A stretch of 64,000 nucleotides of DNA from a virus: positions 46,536-110,535 of the IMG/VR virus record IMGVR_UViG_3300025237_000002. One strand, 5' to 3'. The translations under genes and the position numbers were made by a program. Shown piece after piece: positions 28,962-38,789 of the stretch (the first letter of the stretch is position 1; each line of letters starts with the position of its first letter). The notes below the pieces were generated by a model. It saw only the letters and a list, made by a program, of their open reading frames with translations, had not been told where the DNA came from and did no database searches.

Positions 28962-30590
28962 ATGGAAACTCAGACTTTAAATTTTTGGACAAACGGTGAA
29001 TGCCTAACGAATCTATATAGAGATTTTATTCGTGAAGGTAGCTTCTCGGTTGTCGTTGAAGAATTTGCCAGACAAGATATACCAAAAGAAGAAATCAGAA
29101 AATTCTTCTTACAAGAAACTAAATTCGAAGGTGACACTAGAGAAGGTGACCATGATTTAGGTATCGTTCCAGACAAAGGTCTTTCCCATGATGATTTATT
29201 TGAATGGTTTAAAACATCTATCAGAACCCTATGTTCTAACGAAGAAGAGTTTGATAGAGATGATGTGCTTTGTGCGCTTGAAAAACCTTTTCTACTTCTA
29301 GTAGATGATAAGGTTGCAAAGAATCTAAAGTATTTCTTCTCATTATTCCCTAGAGAAGAAATCAGAAAGACTTTCAATAGAGACTTCGCAATGGAATCTA
29401 TGAAAGTTGTTGATAAAATAGATGGTCCATATTTCAATGGAATTATTTTACAAGATGGTACGATTATAGAAGTCGGACCACAAGAACATAGACATTACTA
29501 CCCAATACTAACTAAGTATGGTTTAGCCAACGATAGAGGTTGGGGATTTGACTGTACTATGACAATCAAAATTACTGATGGTCAACTAAATGGTTCTGGG
29601 TCAAATCATATACTTAATTGGGGAATGTTTCACGAGGAAGCTGACATCACACCCGTACAAGCTGAAACCTTAATAAATAACCTAGAGCATTTATCTGAAT
29701 ATGGTCACTATAGCGACCCTTTAATTAATAACCTCATCGAATATATCGAAGTTGAAGCTAATTGTGGTGCTAAGTATGGGAAATTGAAATTCCTAGAAAA
29801 GTCTCACCCTGAAATTAAATTACCTAAGTTTAGTAAAACGGAAATCGAAGGAGTTACAAATTGTATCAGAACTTCACCAAAGGATTCAATCTCAGGTCTA
29901 TTGAATAGTAAATTTGATTTAAATGAAAATTCAATCGATGAAATAAAAGCTGACTTTGAAAAATATAAAGATGTTTCTAAAGGAAATGTATTACATTTTT
30001 TCTACCAAGAATACATAGAAGGTGTAAACGGTGTTTGTAATTTCTTCGATAGTAAATTTAACTACTCTTGCTCAACAAATAGAGGTGACGTTGTGTTAGG
30101 TAAGAAAGGTAATCATAAATTATCTAAATCAGAAGGAACTTACTTGAATGACTTGTCTGTAAAGATAAGTGATGAACTTGAAAAGAATGTACAACTAGAA
30201 TTTGTTATCACCGATTCAGGTGAAATATATATAGTACAACTTAAAATCATGGGTGATGCTAAAAGAGAGAATTATAGAGGGATGCAATTGATAATTAAAG
30301 AGGAAATTATCACAACTGGAAAGTCCTTTTACGGTACTAACGCATTCGGTCTTAAACGTGAGGATGTTCTAATTATTGATAGTGATTGTGAAAGCAAAGA
30401 CCTAATCGGTAAGAAAGCCCTTATAGTGAGAGATGATGTACAATTCTCACACGCTCTAGCACTAAGCTACTCAATGGCAATTCCAAGTATCTACGCAGTA
30501 GGTGACGTTGAAATTCCTGATGTGTTCTCAATCGATACATATGAAGAAGTGGGTTATATCTTAAACAGAACTAAACAACAGAAAGTATGA
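28962..30590 (+). CDS. PEP synthase/PPDK-like protein (ATP-grasp plus phosphohistidine swivel domain)
   Basis: YQEYIEG, GDVVLG, QLEF..EIYIVQ, SHALALSYSMAIPSI. Confidence 0.6.
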   Translation: METQTLNFWTNGECLTNLYRDFIREGSFSVVVEEFARQDIPKEEIRKFFLQETKFEGDTREGDHDLGIVPDKGLSHDDLFEWFKTSIRTLCSNEEEFDRDDVLCALEKPFLLLVDDKVAKNLKYFFSLFPREEIRKTFNRDFAMESMKVVDKIDGPYFNGIILQDGTIIEVGPQEHRHYYPILTKYGLANDRGWGFDCTMTIKITDGQLNGSGSNHILNWGMFHEEADITPVQAETLINNLEHLSEYGHYSDPLINNLIEYIEVEANCGAKYGKLKFLEKSHPEIKLPKFSKTEIEGVTNCIRTSPKDSISGLLNSKFDLNENSIDEIKADFEKYKDVSKGNVLHFFYQEYIEGVNGVCNFFDSKFNYSCSTNRGDVVLGKKGNHKLSKSEGTYLNDLSVKISDELEKNVQLEFVITDSGEIYIVQLKIMGDAKRENYRGMQLIIKEEIITTGKSFYGTNAFGLKREDVLIIDSDCESKDLIGKKALIVRDDVQFSHALALSYSMAIPSIYAVGDVEIPDVFSIDTYEEVGYILNRTKQQKV

Positions 30591-30805
30591 ACATAGAAAA
30601 ATTAAATAGAGGTAACCAAATTATAACTGAAATAGCTTATCTAAAGGGATTAATAAAATCACCTATTACATTTACAAGCACATCAAATGGTGGGGCTACT
30701 ACAATTATAATTTCTGATAATGTTAATAGACAATTTGGACCAAAAATAGTGAGCGTTTTGGTAGCAGAAGTAAAAGCTCTTGAAGAAGAATTTAATTCAT
30801 TATAA
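30587..30805 (+). CDS. hypothetical protein
   Basis: coupled ORF. Confidence 0.65.
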   Translation: MNIEKLNRGNQIITEIAYLKGLIKSPITFTSTSNGGATTIIISDNVNRQFGPKIVSVLVAEVKALEEEFNSL

Positions 30806-30806
30806 C

Positions 30807-31196
30807 ATGAAAGTAACACTAGGAACATTTAAAGGAACTAAGGGCACACCATTTGTCGCATTGATTATAGATAACTACGCAGTAGCTATGAAATCAATTA
30901 CGGATATCGTAGGTCATTCAATAATTGCAATGACATTACACCCACATGGATTGTATGATAATGATAGACCCATTGTTGATATCAATACAGGTAAAGAGGT
31001 TTATGCTAGACTACTTAAAAGGCTCCAGAAAAAGGGGGAAACTGTTATGAATTATGATGGTGGGAATTGTAGTTTAGATTTATATACATGGGAAGAGGTT
31101 AGCCGAGTGACATGTGAATACCCATATGAAACTAACTTAAGAGATTTATTAATAAAAGAAAATAAACAATATGAAATATCCGAAATTTATAATTGA
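30807..31196 (+). CDS. hypothetical protein
   Basis: start corrected. Confidence 0.65.
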   Translation: MKVTLGTFKGTKGTPFVALIIDNYAVAMKSITDIVGHSIIAMTLHPHGLYDNDRPIVDINTGKEVYARLLKRLQKKGETVMNYDGGNCSLDLYTWEEVSRVTCEYPYETNLRDLLIKENKQYEISEIYN

Positions 31197-31473
31197 AGGG
31201 ACAAGTCTAGTAATAGGCAAAGCAGAATTACACGTAGATATGTCAAACGTTAAAGAAGACGTAGTATCTGGTGGTTGGTATAATATTGATACCGAAAAGA
31301 AAGAATTACACCTATTTGGTAAGTCTTACGACTTTGGAAGGTTCACACCTGAACAAGTCCTAGAATGTACCACTGTCGGCACTCGACATAATACTGATAA
31401 CCTAAGTGATTATAAAATATTATATAGTCGTGAAGTTTATGATGGGGATGTGAAGGAAATTAAAGCTGAGTAA
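31171..31473 (+). CDS. hypothetical protein
   Basis: GG...LFGKSYDFG motif. Confidence 0.7.
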   Translation: MKYPKFIIEGTSLVIGKAELHVDMSNVKEDVVSGGWYNIDTEKKELHLFGKSYDFGRFTPEQVLECTTVGTRHNTDNLSDYKILYSREVYDGDVKEIKAE

Positions 31474-31527
31474 ATTAGGTTGTCTCAAATAAAAGTAGTA
31501 TCTTTGTAAGAACATTAAAGCTATTAT

Positions 31528-31734
31528 ATGATAAGTTGGAAAGAATTATTTAAATTATGTGTGTTTGTTGAAGGACTGAACCTATTAGTATGCCTTGGTT
31601 TTTGCTTATATGAATATCTAACAGGTGGAGATGCGATAACATTTACCACATTCCTTCAAACATCAGCAGTTGTAATAGGCTCAACAATATTAGCAGTACT
31701 AATCACACCACTAGCAAATTGGTGGTTTAAATAA
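31528..31734 (+). CDS. small membrane protein
   Basis: two TMs. Confidence 0.6.
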   Translation: MISWKELFKLCVFVEGLNLLVCLGFCLYEYLTGGDAITFTTFLQTSAVVIGSTILAVLITPLANWWFK

Positions 31735-31743
31735 CTAAGAATT

Positions 31744-32178
31744 ATGATGAAATATATTCTACTTTTACTCGTAGTAATTACAAGTCTTACGTCTTGTAAT
31801 AACATAATCACAAGAACAACTGAAGAATTTCCACTTAGACAATTAGTCCAAAATGAAGAAACTTCACCACACACATCAGCTAGTTACTTCCTATTCATGG
31901 GTGGTTATCACTCGTCAACTTCAACTCAAAATAAGTTGAAGGTATTTGCTAGTGTTGATGGTATGTATCAATTCATCAACATGAATTTGGAGAACGTAAG
32001 AATTAAGATAGTAGATTCTACACTTACACCATCTATACAAGCAGTATATAGGTCTAGATTTGACGACCTAACGAATGAAAGAATCTTAAATGGTGGTACT
32101 TGGGTTAGTTACTATATTATAAACGTACCTGAGAAGTACCTACCAAAGAGATTAATACCAATTGATATTACAAATTAA
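31744..32178 (+). CDS. putative lipoprotein
   Basis: lipobox LTSC. Confidence 0.6.
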   Translation: MMKYILLLLVVITSLTSCNNIITRTTEEFPLRQLVQNEETSPHTSASYFLFMGGYHSSTSTQNKLKVFASVDGMYQFINMNLENVRIKIVDSTLTPSIQAVYRSRFDDLTNERILNGGTWVSYYIINVPEKYLPKRLIPIDITN

Positions 32179-32193
32179 CCTAAAACAAAAATT

Positions 32194-32376
32194 ATGATAT
32201 TACTAATTACATTTTTATCCTTTAAATGGATAATTCTAGGAGCGATTATTATGGGTTACATTATGTGGGCTAGAAAAATTGAGAAGAAATCAAGTGGTTG
32301 GTTCTCTCAAGTGGACCAATTTAAACCATTCGTTATTTTCTTACTAACCATCATTGGATGGCTAATCATATTTTAA
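32194..32376 (+). CDS. small membrane protein
   Basis: two TMs. Confidence 0.55.
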   Translation: MILLITFLSFKWIILGAIIMGYIMWARKIEKKSSGWFSQVDQFKPFVIFLLTIIGWLIIF

Positions 32377-32377
32377 T

Positions 32378-32584
32378 ATGCTACCAAGAAAAGAAATGTT
32401 GAAACAAATAAATCGTTTCTACGATATGATTGATGAAATCAATAAAGCCGTTGCACTAGAAGGTAAAGATGCACCAGCTCACTTATTCATGGATTACTTT
32501 CAATTGACAGCCAAAACTGGCACGCAATTACAATATGCAATTGGTCATCTAAAAGATGATTTAGATAATTTAGAATCAGAATAA
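32378..32584 (+). CDS. hypothetical protein
   Basis: ORF. Confidence 0.6.
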   Translation: MLPRKEMLKQINRFYDMIDEINKAVALEGKDAPAHLFMDYFQLTAKTGTQLQYAIGHLKDDLDNLESE

Positions 32585-32924
32585 TGACAGATATAAAATT
32601 AGATGATAAATCTATGGATAAGATAATCCTTACGGCTATACAAATAGCCACTGGGTTAAATTATGGGTCTAAACAATCTGAAAGATATCTAATACAAACT
32701 AAAGCAAGATGCTTTCGTGAACAGAGTAATGAACCAACAATACAAATCTCATGATAATAATATTTTTAATAGTATTTTACGTAATATTTTCTTACCTAGT
32801 GTTACTTGGTATTAAATTCGGTGATATGAACCTTCCTTTGTGGAATATAGCAATAGCACCAATAGCTCTACCAATATTATTAGGTAAATGGTTAGCTATA
32901 AACTTCGACAAATAATGAAAGGTA

Positions 32925-33434
32925 ATGAATAAAACACCCAAAGAAGAAGCAACAGAAATGATTGCCGTATTTAGACAAAGATGTAAATTCTTAGGAGATA
33001 ATCATTTTGAAACACATTATGTCCTCAATGAACAGCAAGCCATAAATTGTGCAATCCTATGTGTGGATAGAATATTGAAAACTGACCCGCAAATCATTAC
33101 CTATGAGGGAAATAAATATGACCCAACGCAATACGAAAAACACGCTAAAGGTAATACAATATATTGGATTGAAGTGAAACGTGAACTTGAAAGTAGACTC
33201 GAAGATAAAGACACGTCACCAAGTATTACAGATTGGATATTAGGTTTAGAAACATGGACCGAAGTTCCAGAATGTGAAATTGATTTTAAAAAATTAAAAC
33301 CTACTGATATTTCAAATTCTCTTCATATATTTGAAGAAAAATATAAAATTGATGGTGATGAGTATAGATTATTATACCCAATTAGTAACCCTAATGCAAG
33401 TCCAAGAATTGAAATTTTAAATAAGACAAAATGA
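32925..33434 (+). CDS. hypothetical protein
   Basis: TPKEEA...CAILCVD...YW.EVK.E pattern. Confidence 0.7.
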   Translation: MNKTPKEEATEMIAVFRQRCKFLGDNHFETHYVLNEQQAINCAILCVDRILKTDPQIITYEGNKYDPTQYEKHAKGNTIYWIEVKRELESRLEDKDTSPSITDWILGLETWTEVPECEIDFKKLKPTDISNSLHIFEEKYKIDGDEYRLLYPISNPNASPRIEILNKTK

Positions 33435-33691
33435 AACCAACATACTCAGACATATTACTAGATGTAATAGCAGATTATGCAGAAGAAAATATTAAGTTCA
33501 GTCCAAGAAGTTTTGATAAAGTTCAAATCTTAGAAGTTACCTTTAGAGCTATGGAAATAGCTAGAAATGGTAATGTATCAGAACAGAGCAAAGGTATGTA
33601 TAAAAGAAAATATCTCAAAGAATTGAAACAAAAAAGGCGCAACAAAGTAATTCAAGAAATTAAAGATAAAATCGCTAAACATGAACATTAA
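33431..33691 (+). CDS. hypothetical protein
   Basis: coupled ORF. Confidence 0.6.
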   Translation: MKPTYSDILLDVIADYAEENIKFSPRSFDKVQILEVTFRAMEIARNGNVSEQSKGMYKRKYLKELKQKRRNKVIQEIKDKIAKHEH

Positions 33692-33816
33692 AATACTAAG
33701 CCAAAATATTGCCAATAACCCACAAGACTTCAATGCTGAAAGACTAGAAGAACTATTCAATGAATATGCTCAACAATGTCAAAAACAAGTGGAAATGGAC
33801 TGTCAAAACATCTAAT

Positions 33817-34221
33817 ATGATTAAAGATAATAAATTCGAACTACCAAAAATAAGAAAGTTATTCTACTACTTCTTCCCATTTAAAGGAAAAGAGGTGAGA
33901 CTTAAATTTAAACCAGCTTGGTACGGTGGTGGATATATGGAACTGAAGTATTCAGTCAATGGTGGTAAATGGTATAATATCCTTGAAGTTGTTGAAGATT
34001 TAAGCATGTCTGGTGGATGGTATTGGTTTAGACATGCGAAAACTTGGTCAACCGAATATGGCGCACTTAAACTATCTGACATGTATGAGAGATATGGCAC
34101 GCAAGGACAACTTCTTAAAATGATTGACGATGTGTACGATGAGCAGAAAAAGAAAAATAAAGTCATTGATGATGCTAAAAGAAAACATAATAAGAATATA
34201 AATGATACGCTAAACTCATGA
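33817..34221 (+). CDS. hypothetical protein
   Basis: start corrected. Confidence 0.6.
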   Translation: MIKDNKFELPKIRKLFYYFFPFKGKEVRLKFKPAWYGGGYMELKYSVNGGKWYNILEVVEDLSMSGGWYWFRHAKTWSTEYGALKLSDMYERYGTQGQLLKMIDDVYDEQKKKNKVIDDAKRKHNKNINDTLNS

Positions 34222-34523
34222 ATATTGTAGATGAAGACATGGCTCACCATGAAAAACTAAGGTTGATGAAAGGTCCTGAAAATATAAAAGCTGGATTCTA
34301 TTACGCACCATATATCCCAGTAACAGAAGCTATCATGGTAAATGGTGAGTACACTTGGCATAGAAACAAATGGAAGAACTTCTTCCTGAAGGTAAAATAC
34401 TTCTTTAAAAAACCACAATACCTTAAACATTTGGAAAAATCTAGGTATGAAATTAAAAAAGTTAATCCTAAATTCTATGGCACTTTAAAAATAAATGAAG
34501 AAACATTAGATGAAACGAAATAA
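34218..34523 (+). CDS. stand-alone fragment homologous to the C-terminus of T4 gp23-type major capsid protein
   Basis: KGPENIKAGFYYAPYIP and KSRY..K.VNP.FYG motifs. Confidence 0.7.
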   Translation: MNIVDEDMAHHEKLRLMKGPENIKAGFYYAPYIPVTEAIMVNGEYTWHRNKWKNFFLKVKYFFKKPQYLKHLEKSRYEIKKVNPKFYGTLKINEETLDETK

Positions 34524-34559
34524 TTGTTGTATCTTTGTAATCTAAATAAGTTAAGCACT

Positions 34560-34754
34560 ATGAGTTTCATTCACAGAATATTTTTAAAAAAAAGAATTAC
34601 AAAAAGAATTATTCTTTTACAAGGTAAACTAGGTTATTATGCGGGTAGAGGTATAATGAATACTGGGATTAGGTCAAGTAACACAGAAGAATATGACTTA
34701 AAAGCTAGAACATGTAGAGAAAAGATAGATAGTTTACAAGAATTAATAAATTAA
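34560..34754 (+). CDS. hypothetical protein
   Basis: start corrected after promoter. Confidence 0.6.
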   Translation: MSFIHRIFLKKRITKRIILLQGKLGYYAGRGIMNTGIRSSNTEEYDLKARTCREKIDSLQELIN

Positions 34755-34968
34755 TACCATGAAACAAACATTATTTAATTGTACAAGTGAAATAGGTATT
34801 GAATGGCATCGAAAAGAACCTGTGGGATATTATTTCGGTGATGATGGTTTATTATACAAAGAACGGGTCATCACTAGAGAGAATTACCCGTTCCCTTGGG
34901 GAGTTGGGTATAGAAAACATTTTAACAGTTGAACATTAGAATAATAATTACTATTAAATAAATAAAAC

Positions 34969-35337
34969 ATGAAAAAATTATATTACTTAATTATATTGAT
35001 ACTATTAGTATCTTGTGGTAACTCTGAAACTGAAGATATAGAAGTTAATACTATACAAAATGAACACTCAGATATATGTACCCATGTATCAAAACTGAAG
35101 ATTGGTGATTATCAGTTGGATGAAGATGGAAACCTAGTAATTTCAAATAGAATTAAAATTCATCCAGCAAAAGTATCTGATGGTAATGTAAGATATAGTT
35201 TTATATATGATAATGAACCAACAAAGATTTTTACATATCATACTGCCCATAAATCAATAGATAAAATGGTAGATTTTTTATGTCACGAATTTAATGAAAA
35301 CTATAAAGGTAATATTAAACCGTTTATATATAAATAA
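34969..35337 (+). CDS. putative lipoprotein
   Basis: lipobox LVSC. Confidence 0.6.
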   Translation: MKKLYYLIILILLVSCGNSETEDIEVNTIQNEHSDICTHVSKLKIGDYQLDEDGNLVISNRIKIHPAKVSDGNVRYSFIYDNEPTKIFTYHTAHKSIDKMVDFLCHEFNENYKGNIKPFIYK

Positions 35338-35344
35338 TTTCACT

Positions 35345-35683
35345 ATGAATAAAAATATGGAACAACAAATATTAGTGCAGAATTTGAAAACTCTTAAAGA
35401 AGATTTTCTTGAGAAAATTAAAAAAGTGAATGAAGATAAACATCGTCATTCTTTTAAACATATATATAGCTTATGTATTACAAGTAACTTTGAAGGGTGG
35501 TTTCTGGACTATCTTAAAGAAACTCACCTTAATAAAAAAGTATTCTACGATGTATCCAATATTTCTGTTAACAAAGTATTCAAAACTAAAGATGCTATAT
35601 ATTATTGGCACCCATTTAATTCAGAACCAAGAATTAATTGGTTGAATAAAAGAATTGAAATAGAATCATCTAAACTTAAATAA
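35345..35683 (+). CDS. hypothetical protein (paralogue of 27472-27828)
   Basis: start corrected; shared C-terminal motif. Confidence 0.6.
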   Translation: MNKNMEQQILVQNLKTLKEDFLEKIKKVNEDKHRHSFKHIYSLCITSNFEGWFLDYLKETHLNKKVFYDVSNISVNKVFKTKDAIYYWHPFNSEPRINWLNKRIEIESSKLK

Positions 35684-35684
35684 T

Positions 35685-35882
35685 ATGAACGATATTCTAG
35701 ACCGAATTTTTAATAGATGGACAAAATGGGAAGTTCATGAAAGTGATAAAGAATTTATGAAATCACGAGTGAATCATGCCACAGGATTCGAAAGCACCCC
35801 ACACAGTGTTATCTGCGATGTGATGAAGAGAACCAATAAGTATACAGGAATGATTCAATACAAAACAATAGAGAAACAATGA
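35685..35882 (+). CDS. hypothetical protein
   Basis: ORF. Confidence 0.6.
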   Translation: MNDILDRIFNRWTKWEVHESDKEFMKSRVNHATGFESTPHSVICDVMKRTNKYTGMIQYKTIEKQ

Positions 35883-36163
35883 TACCTAAAGTAACATTCA
35901 TCAATAGCAAAATCCTAAAGGATAGAAAACCTAGGGTAGATATCATTAGATGTGAACAACTAATAATGTTGTTCAATCAAAAAATAGAAGATGGTGATAC
36001 ATCTAAAAACGTCTTTCACCTTAATACTGTAACAGACAACGCACCACTATTAAATGATGATGAATTTAACGTATGTTATCTGATGAGCAAACAAGAAGGT
36101 TGGAAACTATCTAAACAAGGCGATAATTACCAATCAATATCATATAAACTAGAAGTAGACTAA
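35879..36163 (+). CDS. hypothetical protein
   Basis: coupled ORF. Confidence 0.6.
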   Translation: MIPKVTFINSKILKDRKPRVDIIRCEQLIMLFNQKIEDGDTSKNVFHLNTVTDNAPLLNDDEFNVCYLMSKQEGWKLSKQGDNYQSISYKLEVD

Positions 36164-36247
36164 TTGCTACCCCAGTAACAATTAATGGCTAATTAACCGA
36201 TTAATTGCTATCAGGGTGACAATATCACAACTCTAAAACAATACAAT

Positions 36248-36688
36248 ATGAAAACAAGAAAAGGAACAGGTAAAATATTCTATAGAGTAGAATATCAAGG
36301 TAGACTATCTGAATATAAAATCATTGAATTCAAAAACGATAAACCAGTATACAAAATTACACAACTAACGGATATTAGAAATGACGTATATAAACTTATC
36401 CCTGAAGAAAATAGAAACTCAATTGGAACATCTAATTTTGGATTAGAACTAATAATAGAAGATAAAGGTTTCTTTAAATCAATCGATGATGCCAAAAAGA
36501 AATCCCTTGAACGTTTCAATAAAGAAGTTAACCCAAATGGAATGTATAAAGTAGCAAGATACTTTGATGATGTATGGGAAGCTTACGAATCAAAAGAATT
36601 ATCCAAAACGGATGCAAAGTCTCTAGCAAGAGAATTAAACCAAAAACCAAGACATTACGTAAGCTATGGAATAATACCAGTATCCTAA
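36248..36688 (+). CDS. hypothetical protein
   Basis: ORF with A-rich leader. Confidence 0.7.
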   Translation: MKTRKGTGKIFYRVEYQGRLSEYKIIEFKNDKPVYKITQLTDIRNDVYKLIPEENRNSIGTSNFGLELIIEDKGFFKSIDDAKKKSLERFNKEVNPNGMYKVARYFDDVWEAYESKELSKTDAKSLARELNQKPRHYVSYGIIPVS

Positions 36689-36699
36689 AAACAATAGCA

Positions 36700-37077
36700 A
36701 TGATGACACAAGAAATGAAAGATAGTATAGACTCAGAGAAGAGTGAAATAAAGAACTTCCTTAATAAACTAAAGCAAGGAGATTGTACTGATGGTAAAAA
36801 GATTATACCTGAAGTATATTGCGTAAATAAGAAGGAAAATGGTGAACCTGACTTAGATGTGTTGGGAGCTGGTGATATGTGGCTATATTACATATCTATC
36901 TCATTCCATTACAATAAGTATTTCTATTCAATGTTCTTAAACCGTAGTAAATATGACGATAGGATGCGTGTACTTTACTCTAATACTTGCGGAAACCCAA
37001 AAGATTGTAAAAGAATGCTAGAGGAAGTAGGTGGATTCGCAAATGTAGAATTAGACCCAAGAGGACATCCAGAATAA
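36700..37077 (+). CDS. hypothetical protein
   Basis: start corrected. Confidence 0.65.
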   Translation: MMTQEMKDSIDSEKSEIKNFLNKLKQGDCTDGKKIIPEVYCVNKKENGEPDLDVLGAGDMWLYYISISFHYNKYFYSMFLNRSKYDDRMRVLYSNTCGNPKDCKRMLEEVGGFANVELDPRGHPE

Positions 37078-37095
37078 CACCATAAAACAAAAACT

Positions 37096-37413
37096 ATGAT
37101 AACAGAACAACAATATTCAACCGCAAAACAAATAGTACAACAATATAAAGAACAACAGTTTCAACCTATAGGACAATTCGAAATAATAAAAGGAATTGTA
37201 CACTGCAAATGTGGGAAGAAAGCAGTAGACCTTAGAAATAATGGAGTGTACCTATGTAGAGGTATAACTGTACCACATGGTTGTACATATAAAAAACCCA
37301 TTGAAAAAATAATAGAACATCCATGTATATGTGATGAAATACGTAACGCTAATAAAGACCCTAATACAATAGCTACTGGATTCTGTATGAAACATAAAAC
37401 CTCTTGGCTATAA
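37096..37413 (+). CDS. Cys-rich hypothetical protein
   Basis: CKCG...C...C, CIC...C..H. Confidence 0.65.
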   Translation: MITEQQYSTAKQIVQQYKEQQFQPIGQFEIIKGIVHCKCGKKAVDLRNNGVYLCRGITVPHGCTYKKPIEKIIEHPCICDEIRNANKDPNTIATGFCMKHKTSWL

Positions 37414-37548
37414 TAGAAGTATATAAAAAAATCTAACACATAAAAATTATATAAGGAAGTTGTCTTTTATTAGAACAGATAACTAAGAATATCTAGTAGC
37501 ATTAATTCATTCTTAGGTTAGTGCCAATTTCCTTATTACATAACACAG

Positions 37549-37820
37549 ACACAATTGTGTACCCGAAAAAATTATATATATAAATCCATACACACATCAC
37601 CCTTACATACACTTTTGTGTTGACCAAAAATCAATCCTTATATACACACCTATTAGAGCACCTACGTACACTTTTGTGTTGGGGGAACTAAGAGGGAGTG
37701 ATAAACCACTAGAAGGGAGATATGTGCGTCTGAGAGGTACTTTAATATACCCCTTTCTGTTATCATACGACACGTTTCGGTTATTTCGATGTTACCACCT
37801 TTTACCACTTTTTACCACTA
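37549..37820. repeat. periodic ACAC-W4-GTGT palindromes (37549, 37609, 37668) and 3 x TTACCAC (37792-37820)
   Basis: 60/59 bp spacing and 10 bp period in non-coding DNA. Confidence 0.75.
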
Positions 37821-38319
37821 AAACCCACAATTTGGTGTAGGCGGTCATTGGCGAAATATCCTACATCTTAAATGCAGAGCGACCTGTAAATAAAATTATT
37901 AATATTTTACAAATATTTTTGGGAATGCTCATGGCAAGCCCAGTGCCCCTTACGGGCATAATTGGAGGGTTATATAAGGCACATTTAAAAAAAGAGCATG
38001 ACGGTGTGCGCAGCGGTAGATGCCATGGTCCATAAAATATATTTCGATTTGTTGTAAGAAAAATCCTCACCTCTATATGTAGGGTTTGAGCAGTTCTCAT
38101 CCATTCCACCTGTAAGGTATTTCTTACAAAGTAGATGCAACAAGTCATCCCAAGAACAATTACGTTTTTGGGTTGGAGGGTGTGTTCGAGTATGTCCCCG
38201 AATCTGTTTCACAAAGATACAACAAATAAGTCGTATAAAAAAATAAATAACGTTAGGATATTAAAAATAATTGTTGTATCTTTATAACGTCATCGTTGGT
38301 AGTTGGAGTCAAAAATTTG

Positions 38320-38386
38320 AGTATAGGGTTCTGCGGAGTCTACTCTTCTAACTTGTTAGGTCAGCCCTTACCATCTTGGTACACTA
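38320..38386 (-). ncRNA. putative small RNA, GAAGAGURGACUCC family, copy C
   Basis: promoter at 38387-38420, no ORF, motif shared with 49728 and 52566. Confidence 0.5.
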
Positions 38387-38528
38387 CAAAGATAAGGAAT
38401 ATAATTGGTTCTACCTAATTAAATCACATTTATTTTTAAATTAGATAAATTAAAAGTGCTAACTATAGTATGTTGTGGGCACGGCTATGATATACTATCT
38501 TTGCAGCTAACAATTAAAACTATCTATT

Positions 38529-38729
38529 ATGAATTACTATTATGAAATACACGTAACAGGCAAGAATGGATTTTCTACAGCAGTCATTGCTGATATGCCA
38601 ATGGAAGATGATGATATCATACTTAAGGCATATGAGGATGACATCCTACATGATGATGATTGCCATTATATTGATTATATTCAGGAGCTGTCATTTGAGG
38701 ATTGGAATACACACTTTAATAATATGTAA
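38529..38729 (+). CDS. small acidic protein
   Basis: ORF after promoter. Confidence 0.65.
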   Translation: MNYYYEIHVTGKNGFSTAVIADMPMEDDDIILKAYEDDILHDDDCHYIDYIQELSFEDWNTHFNNM

Positions 38730-38789
38730 GAATTTTCTTGCGTATGTTATATATAATGATTATCTTTGCATTTCACTTAATAACTACAT

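Noticed and set aside
500-37439. - strand ORFs overlapping + strand genes (e.g. 4233, 5916, 8502, 28970, 33867)
   Set aside because: Shadow ORFs fully antisense to better-supported genes, with no leaders
38170-38202. GTTCGAGT as a tRNA or tmRNA T-loop
   Set aside because: Weak stem; no acceptor, D or anticodon arms; no CCA end
37861-38212. Two - strand ORFs in the hinge region
   Set aside because: Atypical composition, start overlapping the promoter or lacking a leader; region better explained as structured non-coding DNA
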